From assembly GCF_902713615.1 (NCBI RefSeq), contig NC_052164.1, forward strand, positions 81,381,830-81,445,829: a stretch of DNA of 64,000 nucleotides. The letters run 5' to 3'. This DNA comes from Scyliorhinus canicula. Taxonomy: Eukaryota. The position numbers and the translations under genes were made by a program. Of the stretch, positions 63,322-64,000 are shown one piece after another. Each line of letters opens with the position of its first letter. Within the stretch, counting starts at the first letter, position 1. The notes beneath the pieces were generated by a model that was not told the DNA's origin, made no database searches, and saw only the letters and a program-made list of their open reading frames with translations.

Positions 63322-64000
63322 CATGTCTTTTTAAAAAAAACATTTTGAAGTAAAGTCTTAATAGAGAAATGCCAATGTGATCCCTAGGGGATGCTTAACA
63401 TACCATCCAACAACATAGACCTATGACTAGAACTGGAATCTACTGTGTTTGAATGGACTGTTTGCAAAGTTCTCAGGTAAAAGTCTGAAAACTCTCAAAG
63501 TCAGTTTTATTAAAAAAGAGGGACCCATTGAGTTTGCTTACACGTCTTGAGAAATGCTTTCTTGCTTAATGGGATGAAATTTTCAGGTTAATTTTGATTG
63601 CCAGTAAAGCATCAGGACTCAATCCATGGTGCTATTCTGTGCTTCACCTTTATTTTGTTTCGATCTGGGAAAAGTTGGCTCCACAACCTGTAAAATTCAG
63701 TGCAGCACACCTAATAATCTTTATTGTCATAAGTAGGTTTACATTAACACTGCAATGAAGTTACTGTGAAAAGCCCCTAATCGCCACTTTCCGGTGCCTG
63801 TTCGGGTACACAGATGACCAAATTACCTAACAGCACGTCTTTCGTCCCTTGTGGGAGGAAACCAGAGCACACGGAGGAAACCCACGTGGACACGGAGAAC
63901 ATGCAGACTCCGCACAGACAGTGACCCAAGCCGGGAATTGAACCTGGGACCCTGGAGCTGTGAAACGACAGTGCTACCCACTGTGCTACCGTGCCGCCCA

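Overview
Repeat-rich eukaryotic (vertebrate) DNA. The HE1/V-SINE-type repeats and CR1/L2/RTE/Rex/L1/Penelope fragments point to an elasmobranch (shark) genome; this is inferred. Two complete spliced genes lie head-to-head about 18.5 kb apart. REXO2 (oligoribonuclease, minus strand, 7 coding exons, 17211-24954, 278 aa) has a second in-frame start after a 70-aa Arg-rich leader. RBM7 (NEXT-complex RRM protein, plus strand, 5 coding exons, 43452-48920) is 295 aa. A CpG island with an RFX X-box (3765-4050) and a candidate exon (527-620) suggest a third, unidentified minus-strand gene leaving the window on the left. The rest is mostly nested transposons, including a two-LTR Gmr1-type Gypsy (integrase before RT, SCAN-like gag; 7707-14099), two other decayed Gypsy elements, an RTE LINE, L1/CR1/L2/Rex fragments, solo LTRs, hAT relics and more than 25 SINEs. 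The most striking item is a young, CpG-intact ~720-bp PIF/Harbinger-type MITE built almost entirely from tandem hairpins. It carries NRF1/CRE/E2F motifs, sits next to both gene promoters, and contains in one hairpin loop a Harbinger-like target site into which another copy has inserted.
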